Assembly: GCA_973895155.1 (NCBI GenBank)
Contig: OZ316898.1
Location: 9,824,286-9,888,285, forward strand
Source: Marsupella aquatica
Taxonomy: Eukaryota; Plantae; Marchantiophyta
Reading direction: 5' to 3'
Length of the DNA stretch: 64,000 bases
Shown piece after piece: positions 38,295-51,272 of this stretch. The notes beneath the pieces were generated by a model that did no database searches, had not been told where the DNA came from, and saw only the letters and a list, made by a program, of their open reading frames with translations. The stretch's first letter is position 1. Every line of letters begins with the position of its first letter. The position numbers and the translations under genes are program-made.

Positions 38295-41200
38295 TTAAGC
38301 TGCTTGGAAATCACCAAAATCTTCCTCATGCTCATGCTTCTTAGACTCGTCTGGTTTTTCTGAAGGTTCAAGCTGGAACTCACTACTTTGCGATAATCCA
38401 ACAGCGCCGCTCACAACAGGTGACCCAGTTAAGGTCTTGGGAGGAGTAGACGATTCCAATACAGGTGACAATGGGGGAGGTGGAGGGGGCGCAAGGATGG
38501 GAACTCCACGTCCACCTGACGCTGCTCTCAAAAGGCTAGCATGCTTTGGTGTCTCCGGCAGGGCATCTTGCAATGAAGAAACATCCATTTCTCTACCGAA
38601 CTTGTCCAGGCCACCAGAATCCCTTTTTGGCTGCATCCAAAGGCCACCGGGAACGACAAATGAATTAAGCTGGATCCAAAACGTTTGGACAGGGAAACAT
38701 CACAACGCAGGCAAGCCCATACCTATAGTATCAATCAACCGTTTCATACCTAACTGCAATACTCTGTACCCTCCGTCAGGATCCATCAGAAAACTAAAAA
38801 AAACATTCCCAAGTTCCCATGGGCAAAAAGGGAAATAACAATAGCTTAAAAACTGTGCGTAGTGAAGAACATGTCCGTAAAATCGATATTTTGCAATCAG
38901 TATTCTTACCGTTCTGATTTGCAGAGTAAGCGTCTCTCCTTCCTTGAGACTGTAGTCCGTCGATGGTCTCGATTGATATTCTTGCTCCATTTCCTGGGCC
39001 TCTTTTTTCTTGTTGAGATATCTAAGCTCTTGTCAAGGTACCATATATAGTGAATGATTTAAGTAGATCGTCACCCAACTTAGACTTGAGACTATTGCAG
39101 AAATTTCAAGGAGGGATAAAGGTTAGGGAACAAGGGAGTCAGCTGTACAAGTGACTAGAGTGGACTACAACAGTTTCTGCAAGCAACCATGGAAAGAAAG
39201 TTGAGACGGTCTGGATCACATGATATTCATATATAGATGAGAAAATGCACTGACTAATTCGTAAACGGACTCGTTCGTAAATCAGCAGAGTGGATACTTC
39301 ACATGGTCAAAAATTGCAGCTTGAAAGTCATATGCTTCAGGCCGTTCCCGGAATCCAAGACCAATGAAAGCATGTCTTCCATGTGCTGAATAAAAGCAAA
39401 AGAACAGAAAACCATACTCAGCCCCAATCTGCAATGCATTTCCTGTACCGCCAACGTGACTGGTCTCTCATCTCTCCTTTAGTAACAAATTGTTAAATAT
39501 TGAAAGACACTGCTAAAACTGTGCCCACGCTCTCCCTACTCTGCAAATTAGAAAGTACTTAATCGTTTAGGGTATCCAATTGAAGCTCTTGTGTAAGCCA
39601 TTGACATAATATTTCGTACTAGTGTATAGTATCACTTCATTACAAGCGTATGGTGCCTCAGAATTAGGCATAGTTTGACCACGAGCCATACCAATCAAAT
39701 TCGGAGTACAGTAAATAATGAAAAAGACAGGAATATCGAACAATAGCCCCAGAAAGGCAAAGAACAAGCGCTACTCACAGTCGGCGGATGTGTCTTCTAT
39801 ACGCAACACAAAGAACCTGCAATAAAGTCATGAGCAGTATCAGTTAGGAAATTCTACATGGCAGGGATCAAAACAACCGCACATCTCTGGCTGTGCTGAC
39901 GAGTGACATTCTTCACAGTTATGATCAGAGAAGGCTCAATGCAGCCAATGGGCCAGGTCAACATGCTAGAGAATTTTACCATATGATTATGTCCAAAACT
40001 GATAGCCCAACAAAATAATGATATTCCATAGAAATAAACTTCCTTCATTCTGTCACACAAGTACAGTAGTTCGTTTCAAAAACTGCACGATGCCACCGAA
40101 GTATTGAGATACATAAGGGTAGTGACCTAAATTTTCCGACTTTGTGATCCCTTCATAATTTAAGATGAACTCACCTACTGCTATCAATGACAGCTTCTAC
40201 TGGAAGAGGATAGTCCTCCCGCACAATTGCTTGAGCGTACAACTCTCCTGAATTCCAAATGAGAAACGGTCAGCGCTGCAACCGTCAAACCCATGAAAAC
40301 ACTCACGTACAACGCTAAATAAAATGATGTCAATGGCTAGCAACATGGTCACCTGCACAAAATTCCCTACCCATGTCCTTCGTAGAACCTCTTGCGCATC
40401 GGAATAGTGCAACATTTGGACAGGAGATATGATTCAGATGGCTGCAGCTAAGATGACGGCAATGTTTGAACGATTGCGTACCTGTTGTTTTGTCTTCCAG
40501 TCGTATAGAACACTCTTCTCCTTTGGAAACCACTCTCAAAACCCCCTCCCAATCCCATTTGTTTATGTTCCACTCGTCAGCTCTGAAACGGACAAACGCT
40601 AGAGCCTCAGGTGCAATCTATAAGCCCTACCAGTCTGTCTGGACGACTTGTGGACACCTACTTTCTCGTAGAACAGGACGTAAGATACGTGAGTCCGAAA
40701 AGATCCGACATGACATTTTGGAGGACCAGGAAGGGTAAGACTTACCTGTACGACGCAGCACTCTTCCGAGGAGGTATCTGGTCACATGAGTACGGGTAGA
40801 AATTAGGTTTGGTCTAAAGATGCTATGAGAAACATGGCAGACGAGATCATCAAGTGTTTCGCAACTAAAACAATTATGCAATACTTGATGCACCTGCCAA
40901 TGACAGTGACTCGAATGTCGAATCCAACTCGTTCCGATCAGCCACTTCAACCCCTAAGTCCAATGCATAGGAGCTACCGAGTCCACTGGTGATAACTCTA
41001 CAAGATCTGGCGATCAATTACCCAAGAAATCTACTACGAACAAGATTATGGTACCGACTTGCAGAATACATCGAACTCGAAATTAAAATAAAGAGTGGAG
41101 GGGACTATTATAGTTTAGCACGTGCTGGATGAAACGCTACACATTCAGACATGGGTATGGAGTTTCGAACAGAGTCCAGAGACGATGAGGGTAATTGGAA

Positions 41201-41416
41201 GAGGAAGGAAGTTCTATGGTCGATCGTCCGGGACCACACTAACGTTACATTTAATGAGATGACTACAAGAGATCTCCCCTACGAAGCACGCACCATGTAA
41301 ACGTAGCATTCTTTGACTTGGAACAACACCAAATCAGCGCTTTCCTGGGGATCACTTCCGATATCAGGTGACACGTCCACCACCTTCTCGTTTTCATTGG
41401 TCTCGTCTTGGCCCAT
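38295..41416 (-). CDS. NECAP: Adaptin ear-binding coat-associated protein (NECAP, PHear domain); 8 coding exons 41416-41294, 40777-40746, 40582-40482, 40247-40175, 39816-39779, 39385-39298, 39021-38910, 38630-38295
   Basis: Spliced protein reads VLFQVKECYVYMIPPRKSAASYRADEWNINKWDWEGVL...LEDKTTGELYA...VEAVIDSSRFFVLRIED...HAFIGLGFRERPEAYDFQAA...DYSLKEGETLTL...DFGDFQAA; all junctions GT-AG and in phase. Confidence 0.95.
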
Positions 41417-42474
41417 CCTTACTTGCTCAAAAGTTCAGGTTCATCCGTTCAAATGATAATCAGTGTCAATCCCGATCTTGAGTGAGTATTTGCCAGATCC
41501 CCTCAGAGGACAGATTTCACTCCTCGCGGCTTTCCCGTAATGCTAATCCCGCAATTCAATTCCTTTCAACCATTCCGTATCAATTCGAGATACTCTAGAA
41601 CTACGCTTTTGCTCAATTGCAGTCCAGACTTGGGAAGGACAACAAAACGCCTCCGATCGTGCAATTCAGTCATAAGTTCAACCCCACCGTCGTCCAAAAA
41701 ATCATCAGACTAGCATTCCACCTCGACAAAACTCCAGCCCAAATCCCAAACAAGCAAAACGCTCGCAACCTATGCCGTCATTTCAGTGATGATCATCGCA
41801 AACCAAGCACCATAGTCCACCACTCGGCTTCCTCGTCCTTTCTTTGCCGCCTGCAGACGTCCTCCGTCGCCACATACACAAATGCCCGCTCGGACAACAG
41901 CGTCCCACTGGTCTGCTGCTACTTTGAGCCCGCAATCTCGTCTCCTCGCAACGCCAGGACGACAAGACCAAGAAAAGGTCCAGTCCTATTCTCGGAAGCC
42001 GCACCAGGCTACGACGGAAGTACTCCTGCTCCCTCTGCAGTACCGTGACAATAATAAACAGAAGAATCAGCCGGTCAATAATCCACCATTCGGCGCGCCT
42101 AAGCCAGCCCCACGAGCAGCTGACCGAACAACAAATTGCAACCAAGAAACAGGTCTAAACACAACACCACTTGATTCCACGAACGACTTCTCGTCCTGTG
42201 CAATTACATTAAAATAATGCGAAGACGTGCGAGCAGAAGCGTGCAGCACGGACAGGGCGGAGGATGTGCTTGCCGACGGACGGCAACCCAGCTGTGGGCA
42301 GGAATGGAATGCAGTCACTACTACTACTACTACTACTACTACTACAGTAGGCAGGTACACGAAGTCCGCCATCGCCTCATTCTTACCTTTCCGATTTGTT
42401 TATTGAGATCCCAAATCTTCGACTGTTTGTTGCTTGGAATAGAGAAGTGAAGTGCTCATTTCGAGGTCAGATCC

Positions 42475-42960
42475 AAAGAACAGAAAGCGCCAAACGGGGT
42501 GACAAGATCCCAAAGCCGGAGACCCAATAAAGGGGAGAAGAAATCCGAGGCGATAGAAATCCGAAATCGCATCAATCAATCAATTAATCCAGACCCCAAG
42601 TGTTCGACTCTTTGCTGCTCAGGAGAGAAGAGAAGAGAAGAGAAGAGAAGAGAAGAGAAGTGTCCATTTCGAGGCATACAGCATACTGCCAAAGAACGAA
42701 CAGGAACCGAAAGCGTCAAACCGGAAGCTTGACAAGCTCCCAAAAGCAGGAGTAGGAGACCCAATAAAGGGGAGAAGAAATCAAAGTCAAAACGAAATCC
42801 GAATTCGCATCAATGAATCAAATCCTCACGGGCCCTAGGTTTGGTAGAATGATGCTGAAGGCGCAGAAAAAGAGAATAGGAAGAGGCTGAACGAGACCCA
42901 AAGGCACAAAAAGGAAAGGAAAGGAAAGGAAAGGAAAGGAAAGAGAGAGGAAAGGAGAAG
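42475..42960. repeat. Imperfect ~240-bp duplication, each copy followed by a purine microsatellite ((GAAGA)n, (GGAAA)n), upstream of NECAP
   Basis: gacaag.tcccaaa...ggagacccaataaaggggagaagaaatc...gaaatccgaa.tcgcatcaat at ~42500 and ~42730. Confidence 0.75.
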
Positions 42961-43144
42961 AGGGGGCGGGCAAGGATAGGACTGGGTCGTATGGGCCCCT
43001 TCCGAGGAAGACTAGAGAGCATATCCGAATATCCATACAAGCCAGTGGCAAAACCATGTCCTAGACACTTTAACACACCTTATGATATACAGTTTGGGCC
43101 ATTTGTGAGATCTATCTACGTACTTCTATGACTATAGTATGGAA

Positions 43145-43482
43145 GGGGGCCACACTCAATTACAGTATGTAGCATGGGCCACACTGAGGCATACTGAAAT
43201 TTGCAATCGAAGAGAGCCACACTCGTTTACAGTATACAGTGTGGGCCACACTCATTTACAGTATACAGTATGGGCCACACTCATCCATACTAAAATTTGC
43301 AATCACAGCGAGCCACACTCATTTAACAATATACATTGTGGACCATCCTTTTTGTGACGTCCATCAACCATTATCATATGGGATCCTCCTCACTTACAAG
43401 GGCTTGCAAAAGGAGGAAACAAGACTATGTCCAAAAAGGAGGAAACTAGACTATGCCCAAAAAGGAGGAAACTAGACTATGC
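43145..43482. repeat. Short tandem arrays: gccacact-rich ~95-bp unit x2, then 25-bp aaaaggaggaaac.agactatg.cc x3
   Basis: Direct reading. Confidence 0.85.
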
Positions 43483-44040
43483 CGTCAGATGTTTTTGCAG
43501 CCCATATGCCCGGCCATGTTGCAGCCAAGGCGGTCCGGCTCAAGGAGGAGGCCTATGTAGTTTGCTACCCGGCCGGGGGGATCTTTTCTACCCTTTTGCT
43601 TTGGGGGTTATTGGTGCTCTCCACCCTACCTCAACCAGTTCCTTCAGGCCCGTTCAGTTTTTTGCATTGAGAGGAGGCCGTTCTCCCATGTATCTGTTCT
43701 CACTGCCTTTTTTGGGCAACGGGTGTCTATTGTTCTTCTGCGGGCCCAGGCTTTCACCCTCCTTCATTGGGCCAAGGCAGTTAGTTTTAGAGCTTCTCGG
43801 CAGGTTCCACTTTGTGACCCTCCTATGTGATTTACTCTGGAACTCTATTAAGCATTTCAGTTCTCTCCTCAGTAGGGTGTTAGTCTTCTCGACTACTTTG
43901 TAGGTTATTTATTTGTGTCTTTGTTCCTTAATTGGCTTTCGGTTGGAAACTCCTTCACTTGTTGGACCCTTTGGTCTTCTTGGGGCCCTTTCCTCTCCTT
44001 TCCCCCCTTCATTGGGCTGCTTTGCCATTGGAATCATGTC
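43480..44040 (+). mobile_element. LINE-like dispersed repeat remnant (same family as 25200-25520 and 33003-33400)
   Basis: Shares blocks with both other copies; pyrimidine-rich 3' region. Confidence 0.55.
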
Positions 44041-47000
44041 TCCCAGTTTGGTATGTTTTACATACCCCCATGTATTAAGGATCCATTGGGAGCGTTGTAC
44101 GTGGTCCATAGGAGCTTCCAATTCATTGTATTTTTCTTTAGTCATAAAATTTTTGACAAAGGTATGTGAGAACCTTATTGATTTGGCTAGATTTGAGGAG
44201 AAACATTTGATTCACAACTACACTAGCCCTTGTAATGTAGTTAGATAAGATTTGGCAACATAATCCAAGGACAATGTCTCAGATTTTTAAATCTTTTTTG
44301 TTAAAAAACTTTCAATATTTTCCAGGTTAAAACATTTACTTGGAAAATTGACGGTCCCTTGAAGCTCAGGTTATTAGTGTTTTTAAATTTTTTCCCAATA
44401 TTTAGGTAAAAAACTGGCTAGTCGCATCAAGCTAGGCATGTGATTTCCATAAAAATTCTGCAAGTGCAGAAAAGTAATTAAATTTTGGATACAATCACAG
44501 CGGGAATCACAGGTAAGGTTGAGTAAACTATTAAACTATGAAAATAATCTTGATGAAAATTTCATTCAAATTTTTGAACTTGAATGAGATCTCAAAACAC
44601 TCTTTGTTTGAAAGTTTCTAAAGTACAGCTTTTATTCTAAACCCATATCACCCTAGTTAAATACAAGTTTATGTATGGCCCATGCAAGTATAGTAATTTA
44701 TTTAAGCAAATCATTTGTGATGAAGATAGAATCTGGGCTTATAGTTCTAACGCAAATTCTAAACATATATGTCTATATCTATTTAGATGTCTATATGCAT
44801 AATATTCCAACTGAAGTTATATAGAACCCCGGTATAGAACATGAAACCTAGAGAAACAGTTGTTGGCGTTTAGGTATAATATAGAGATTCTGGGCTCTAA
44901 TCCTTTAAAATATTATCTTTTAACAAAAGTGCAAGGATGTCAAAATGACTCTTTATGCAAGTTTAGAAAATAAACACCATAATTGAAAAAGTAATGAAAA
45001 GAAGGTAAACATAAGCAATGAGTTCAGAATACATGCATAGGAGAGTTCAAAATAATATCAAAATGGACAAAATAACCACAACAAAAAAAACATCATATGC
45101 TAAATAAAAATAAGAATATCAATTAGTGTGATGAACCAGCAGCCATTGGCTTGGGTGGGTAATTCAAATTGTTTGAAACGGATGATGAACCTTAGCTTGA
45201 GGGAGCTAGGGAGGGTCAGTGAGTGTCAAGGGTCAATCTCATAGCGCTTGGTCTAATGCTCTCTATTAGAAGTAATTGTGCTATGTACGACCGGAGTGAA
45301 ATCTTGAGAGTGTCCTACAATGACGTGGATTGGAACGGAGTTGCAATGGCCAAATGGAGCGCGCTTATGTGTAAAGAATTGTGCGAGAACATTGATCGAT
45401 GTTTAAATCGACAATGTACACTCCCAACATTGAAGAGTTGGACCTTACTGGGAAAGCTTCTTCTGTATGGATGGGGATGATTGACAACTTTTTTTTGACA
45501 GTGTGGGGATGAAGACATAGGTGCACAGGAGCCGTTGAGAAAATTAGTGAATGAATGCAACGAAAGCAGCAATATCAGAGTCAGATCGACACAGCCATCA
45601 GCGCTACCGTCAACAAAGACACTAATTGAATGTGAGCCTCACTGGATGACAGTGAAAGAGTTTTCCAGGGACTGTGATACAAATAAAAAAAAGAGCTCTA
45701 CATTGTTTTCAAATTCTGATGAAGCTAGAAGAGCACAAGTCCATGAGACCAGCAGAAAGTATCTACACCCCTAATGCGTCGGAGAGGGAGATGCCTATCT
45801 TTAATTCTGCCAAGCAACATCAAGTGAGTTCTTTCTCTTCCGTGACAAGCCAAAGAATCAATGAAGACTTTGTGTGTGCAAAGAGATGCATGTTAAAAAA
45901 TATGTGTGAATATGTAGATTATTTAGATGTGGCTAGAATGGCATCAATATATATCATCAAAGACTGCCTCAATACGGCTGAATGAACTTGAAAGTAAATA
46001 TGGTTCATAATTCTATCTTGGGTAGGAACAACGACAGTCATTCAGAGTTGCAAAGTAGTGGAAGCAGATTGCTATAATGCTAGTAAGGAGCTATGGTTCA
46101 GCTATTGATGTAAGAATTTGCCTATCCAATTGGAAACTTTTTTGTCAACAATGGATTGCAAGCACTGCAAGCTATTCCAGAGAACAGCTAATCAATTTTG
46201 TCATATCAATTTGTTTGACGTAATATAAGCTAATTTGAAGGTCCTTTAATTCCCTTCATTGCTGGCTCATGGATCGATATGAGGGACAGTACCAGAATTG
46301 CCGAAGACTCCTCCTTTCACCAACTATAGTGTAATTGCAATAATGTCAGCTGAGCTTTAGTTGCTACAAAAAGGAACAAAAAACAATTGGGTAGCAACAG
46401 AGGAAATGATCACAACTTCACAAAGAGTAACTTCCTAGCTCCTCAATCCATGCCACAAACATCACAACTGCACATACTAATTCTTACAAAATGTAAGTTA
46501 CATAAACCACCCTTACAACACTACGTAAACTAAAGTCCTCACAAACTGAAGACGTTACACAATCCACACGTTCCTTCAACCTGTACTATTTCAAAAAATT
46601 CAAAAATATAATGCAAAACACTGATATATCAATCAAGAGAATTCCAGAAGGTTAATTTCTTTAACCCTAGTCTTTATTCATTTCAAGTGTTACCCTTCAC
46701 CATTGTATTGTTTTTACAAATAGTAGGTCTAACTATTTTTTTTGTCATTCCACAAACACAAATCATTAGGATTTGTTTTTCTTGCAAAACCACATTTTCC
46801 TGTTTATGACTAACATTGCTGACGTGGCTCAACGTGGTGCCAGAGATTTTGGAAGGATCTTCCCATGGGGGGTCTGTAACAAGCACAAAAGTGAGTCAAA
46901 AAATTAATAAAAGAGTTGCAACATAGCTCTATTGACAATAACTGGAAGGAAGAATGTAACAAAAAGTCTGCTATCTTTTTTTTTTAGAGTATTTGCGTTT

Positions 47001-49322
47001 TGTGTAGTGAGTTGGTCATCTCTCAAATTATTTAGTGTGTTGAGGAAGTCAAATTGTAAGAAGAAAATTTTCAAAAAGTATGAAGGTGCTTAAGGTGTTG
47101 TGCAAGATTATATGGGTTATTGTGTTATTGTTAAGTCCATTGTAGAGGATTTGCATGGTTTAAATTTAAAGCTAAATTGGTCAAAGTAATGTCTTTTAAA
47201 GCCAAAAAAAAGTATCCCCAAAACTTTTGAGAGAATTGTGCATATTTTAAGGATAATATTATTGCTAGCTAAGCTCGCTAGCAATAATTTGATGTAGTAG
47301 TGAGATTTTTAGTTTAAAGTTTATCACAAATTGATTTTTTGATTGTTGATGTTGTTAGCAAGTCTCGCCGTCAATATTTTTCCATGTGTATTTTGATGAG
47401 TGTTCTTCCCAACAAGGTGTGAAAATACCCTGAACTTAGTTTGCTAGCAATATTTTCCCTCGCTAATAATATTGTTTTCTCATGTTTTCTGTTTCCTGTT
47501 TACTCACATCCTTAAAACCCCGGAAAGAAAGAATGAGAGATGACTTGCTTGGGTGAGGGAGGCTGGTAAACAGTGACAGGAACTGCTTGTGAGAGGGAAG
47601 TGGAAAAGGAAAACATGAAATAAAATTCTAATACAGTCTGGAACCCATTACTCATCTCATGGCTGGAATGTTCAGATCAGACAGACTTTGACCACCCAGA
47701 TGGAATCTCAAGGTATGTTCAAAAGTGCTCTAGTAAAACTGTTCAAGTCTCCTCCAGGCATTTTTGTTCCTTTGCAGTTTCAAAGAAATGAAGACCAGAT
47801 AGACCTCTAGGTTTGGCAAGATGCTCAGGCCGATGGATTTTTGCAACCCAAATGGACCAAATTTTACTCACAATGTCACATGGAATATTCCTAGTTTGTC
47901 CATCCCAATTTTGTGGTTTCTGTCTAGGGTCCATGGGAACGTCGTTTTCCAAGTTCTTACAGTAAATTTCTGTAACTCATATATTATTGTTGTTCATATA
48001 AATGGTTCCAATTCTGAGAGAACCTTTGATGCTATCTGAGCATTGTTTTTCATTTGTTCTGTCAAGTAAAAAACGATTCCTTACTTGGTATATTAAATGA
48101 AATATGATTTTTTATTTGTAGGAAATTTCAGTTATTTGTTTCAAATTTTGGGGAAGTCTTGCTGACACACTTATTTCTTCCCGGATTAAAATTGCCAAAC
48201 CACCCTATCTCAAAAGAATCAAATGTCTTCATTGAAAACCAGAGTTATTTTCCCTGAAAACTGTTCTTCTTCTTTTTTTATCGGATGTCCCCAAAGGGAC
48301 CCTGAAAACTGTTCTTGGAAGTCAACAATGGGGAATAGAACCCAAAGGCCATATTCCTTGAAAATCAACAGTCTCCGCTAGAGAACATAAATGGGCTGAT
48401 TCTAAACATTTCCTCAAGGACAGATGTCTTCAGGAGAGGTAAAAGCCCATTTAAGTGGTGATAGCATTTTCCTTTTTGTATCAACTGCCATAGCTCAAAA
48501 AAGCCAGATGCCTTTGGGAGAGGTCAAAGCCCATTCGGTGAAGGCATTTTCCTCTTTGTGTCAACCACCTTATGATCAATGCCTTTTGCACTGGCACAGA
48601 TGTCATGTTAAATATGACTAATTATGATCTATGGCGAGGCTAACACTTGGAGTGGCTTCAAGGAGAAGCCAAGCATGGTTTGTAGTGTGTTTGCCATATA
48701 ACTGGAGTGACATAAGCGATCCATTGTCTGGAATTAGAGTGGAAAAATTGGCTCTTAAAGATGTGCCTTGTTGGCCAAATCTTGACCCCTCATTGCCTTT
48801 TCATGTCTAGTTGGGACTCCCCTTTTTGCCAAATTTCACTGACGAAGGGCACACTTGTTTTTAAACATCAATTTATAGGGAGTCTAGGAGCCTCCAGACC
48901 CAAGAGCACACTTGGTAATGGGCATTAAGTTCACAGGTGTGACGAAAGCAACCCAGGTGTCAGCCTGTTAATGGACAGGGACCCGTCATAGCTTTTAATT
49001 ATTATATTCACTTTATCACTCAAGGCAAAAACCTTCCGCCAGAGAAGGCTTTGCATTGAAAAACCGAAAAGAACTGAATGTCACGTGAAGTGCGTGGGCA
49101 AATAATTTCCAAGTCAAAATCAAAGGCACACGTAGCCGAACTTCGAAATCAAAGCCAATCACAACAACAAAGATGAAGAAATTTGTTACCACTTGGATAT
49201 CATCCAAAGCTGCAGAGCAGAAGCAGCTGCAGTGCTGATGAGTCCATAGCGTGGACCCATGGAAGATGAGCATTCAGCAGCTGCAAGAGAATTGATGCTG
49301 TCAACGCAAGGCTATTGAGAGA

Positions 49323-49353
<31 letters not shown>

Positions 49354-49373
49354 TCCAAGGAACTCGAATCCGG

Positions 49374-49807
49374 ATGCAAAGCAGCAGTGGGTCGAGTGCT
49401 ATGCCAAAAACCGAGGGACCCAATAATCCTGCAGCGGAGAATAGTGTCATGAAGCCACATGAACAGGATCCGGAACCTGCCGCTGCAGGAGACGGCATTG
49501 ATGGCGGTGATCCAGATAAGTCGACGACAGCAGCACCCTCTGTGAAAGAATGGGCTGACGAAATTCGTGATGACCACTCAGCACCATCTGCATCTGTATC
49601 CACATCTGCTCCACAGGAGACGAAGAACCAAGCAGCTGTTCCTGAGAGCCGTTGTTTTGGTGGGTGCACGGCGTCCATCAAATTTTTTTTGAATAAGCTG
49701 CGCGTCAGTTATGAGACTGCAGCAGCTTCTCGTCGTTCGAAATCTCAATCACAACCTTCCGATTCGCAGCAAGATCCTAAAGCAGTAAGTACTTCTGAAG
49801 CATTTTC

Positions 49808-49840
<33 letters not shown>

Positions 49841-51272
49841 AGAGAGATATCTCACTTCGTTTGAGCTCTAAAAATCACACTCTTTGCTAACTGACGAAGC
49901 AGTACATGAACTCAATCCAACGCCCGTTTTGTTCGATGTGCACACATTCGATCCACGCACTGCCTGCCCAACGAGCTGAGCTGTCCAATGTATGAAGAAA
50001 GAAAGGCCAAGGCTAGTCAAGGTAATATCGAGGGCTTCAAACCGAGTTGCAGCGTGATCTTCAGCTGGGCGCCTTACTGTAGTTAGGAAAGAAGCCAGGT
50101 GGGGTAGTTGAATGACCGAAAGGAAGCATGCTCATTTGATGCGTCTAGCTGGCCAGCCCTTTCTGAAGTCATTGCAGAGTTGAGAAAAGTGGCAGGCCGA
50201 GAAAAATGGAGAGGGAGAGTGGACGCAAGACAGCAGCCAGGATTGAGTTGCCGAGATGGATGTTGCTCGATATAAAAACTTACGTCCATTTCGTCTAGCT
50301 CGATTTTGGGGACCGAGACATCACAAGTTTCCTAGATCTAGCATACAAGAGAGTCTCACGCACACCCCTACCATCTGGACTGGAACTACATATATGTTGC
50401 ATCTTCAAGCGATGGAACTGTGACTGTCACAGTTCCTTCGGAGGGTGCCCTCGCCGGAGCCAATTGAACAAACCCATAACCGTCAATACTACCATTGGCT
50501 AGAGAGTGATGACGCTGTTGCACATTTCTTTCCTTCGCGTTTGCCACAATTATTACAAAAATTTTGAGCTGAACTTTTGGCGGAGATATGTGTGGAAATG
50601 GTGCATCGATAACAAGGGAGAGATATCATCTAAGTCGATGGATGAGGGAATTGGACTGCCTTAATTCTGTTTGGGACTGATCTCTATTCTGAAAGCTGGC
50701 AAGTGTTTTGGGATCCTCTGTCCTCGTGTCGTTCGAAATGACTTAGTTCTGTTTCCGAAATATATTAACCCACACATATGTACCAACCATATCTCAAGTA
50801 TGCATTACGGCTAGAAGAGACCATGTTCTCCCAAACATTTTTGTTGTGATATTAAACATCGACTTGAATTTCAGGTACTGTTACCTTTCCGGTAGGGAAT
50901 TTCATCATCTCTATCGATGAACGTGTTTTCATTCACGCACGTGACTAGTTGACATAGCTAAGACATTGTAATTCCCAAGCTCCTAGTAGCACGCATTCGC
51001 TCTGTATTGGCGGTTTTCTAATCTACAGTTTTCGGGTGCAGAGTGGGAATTCTGTTGCAGTGGATCATACGACTAGCTCAGGCACGCCACAACCTGCAAG
51101 TCAGAATGTGCTGAGCACACAGTCTGCACCAGGCCCAACCCATACGAGTGTGACTGGAAATGAGGCAAGCGCTGCGAAATCTCACGAAAGTTCTACAGAT
51201 CATCATATCGTAAGACTCCCAAGGGCGACCCCGGTGCCACCTAAAGGCCGTCCAAGTCCAATCCATAATTAG
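49374..51272 (+). CDS. Putative peptide precursor (~213 aa; exons 49374-49784, 51042-51272) ending in IDA/IDL-like motif RLPRATPVPPKGRPSPIHN*
   Basis: Phase-0 donor GTAAGT at 49785; acceptor GTGCAG at 51041 with CTAAT branch site at ~51018; C-terminus resembles the IDA EPIP peptide LPKGVPIPPSAPSKRHN. No signal peptide in this model, so the first exon is uncertain. Confidence 0.55.

Noticed and set aside
45223-45985. Cluster of short plus-strand ORFs
   Set aside because: Fragmented, in an AT-rich repeat-like block, no motif recognised
49200-49681. Minus-strand poly-Ser and poly-Ala ORFs
   Set aside because: Products of the (GCT)n microsatellite and antisense to the plus-strand exon
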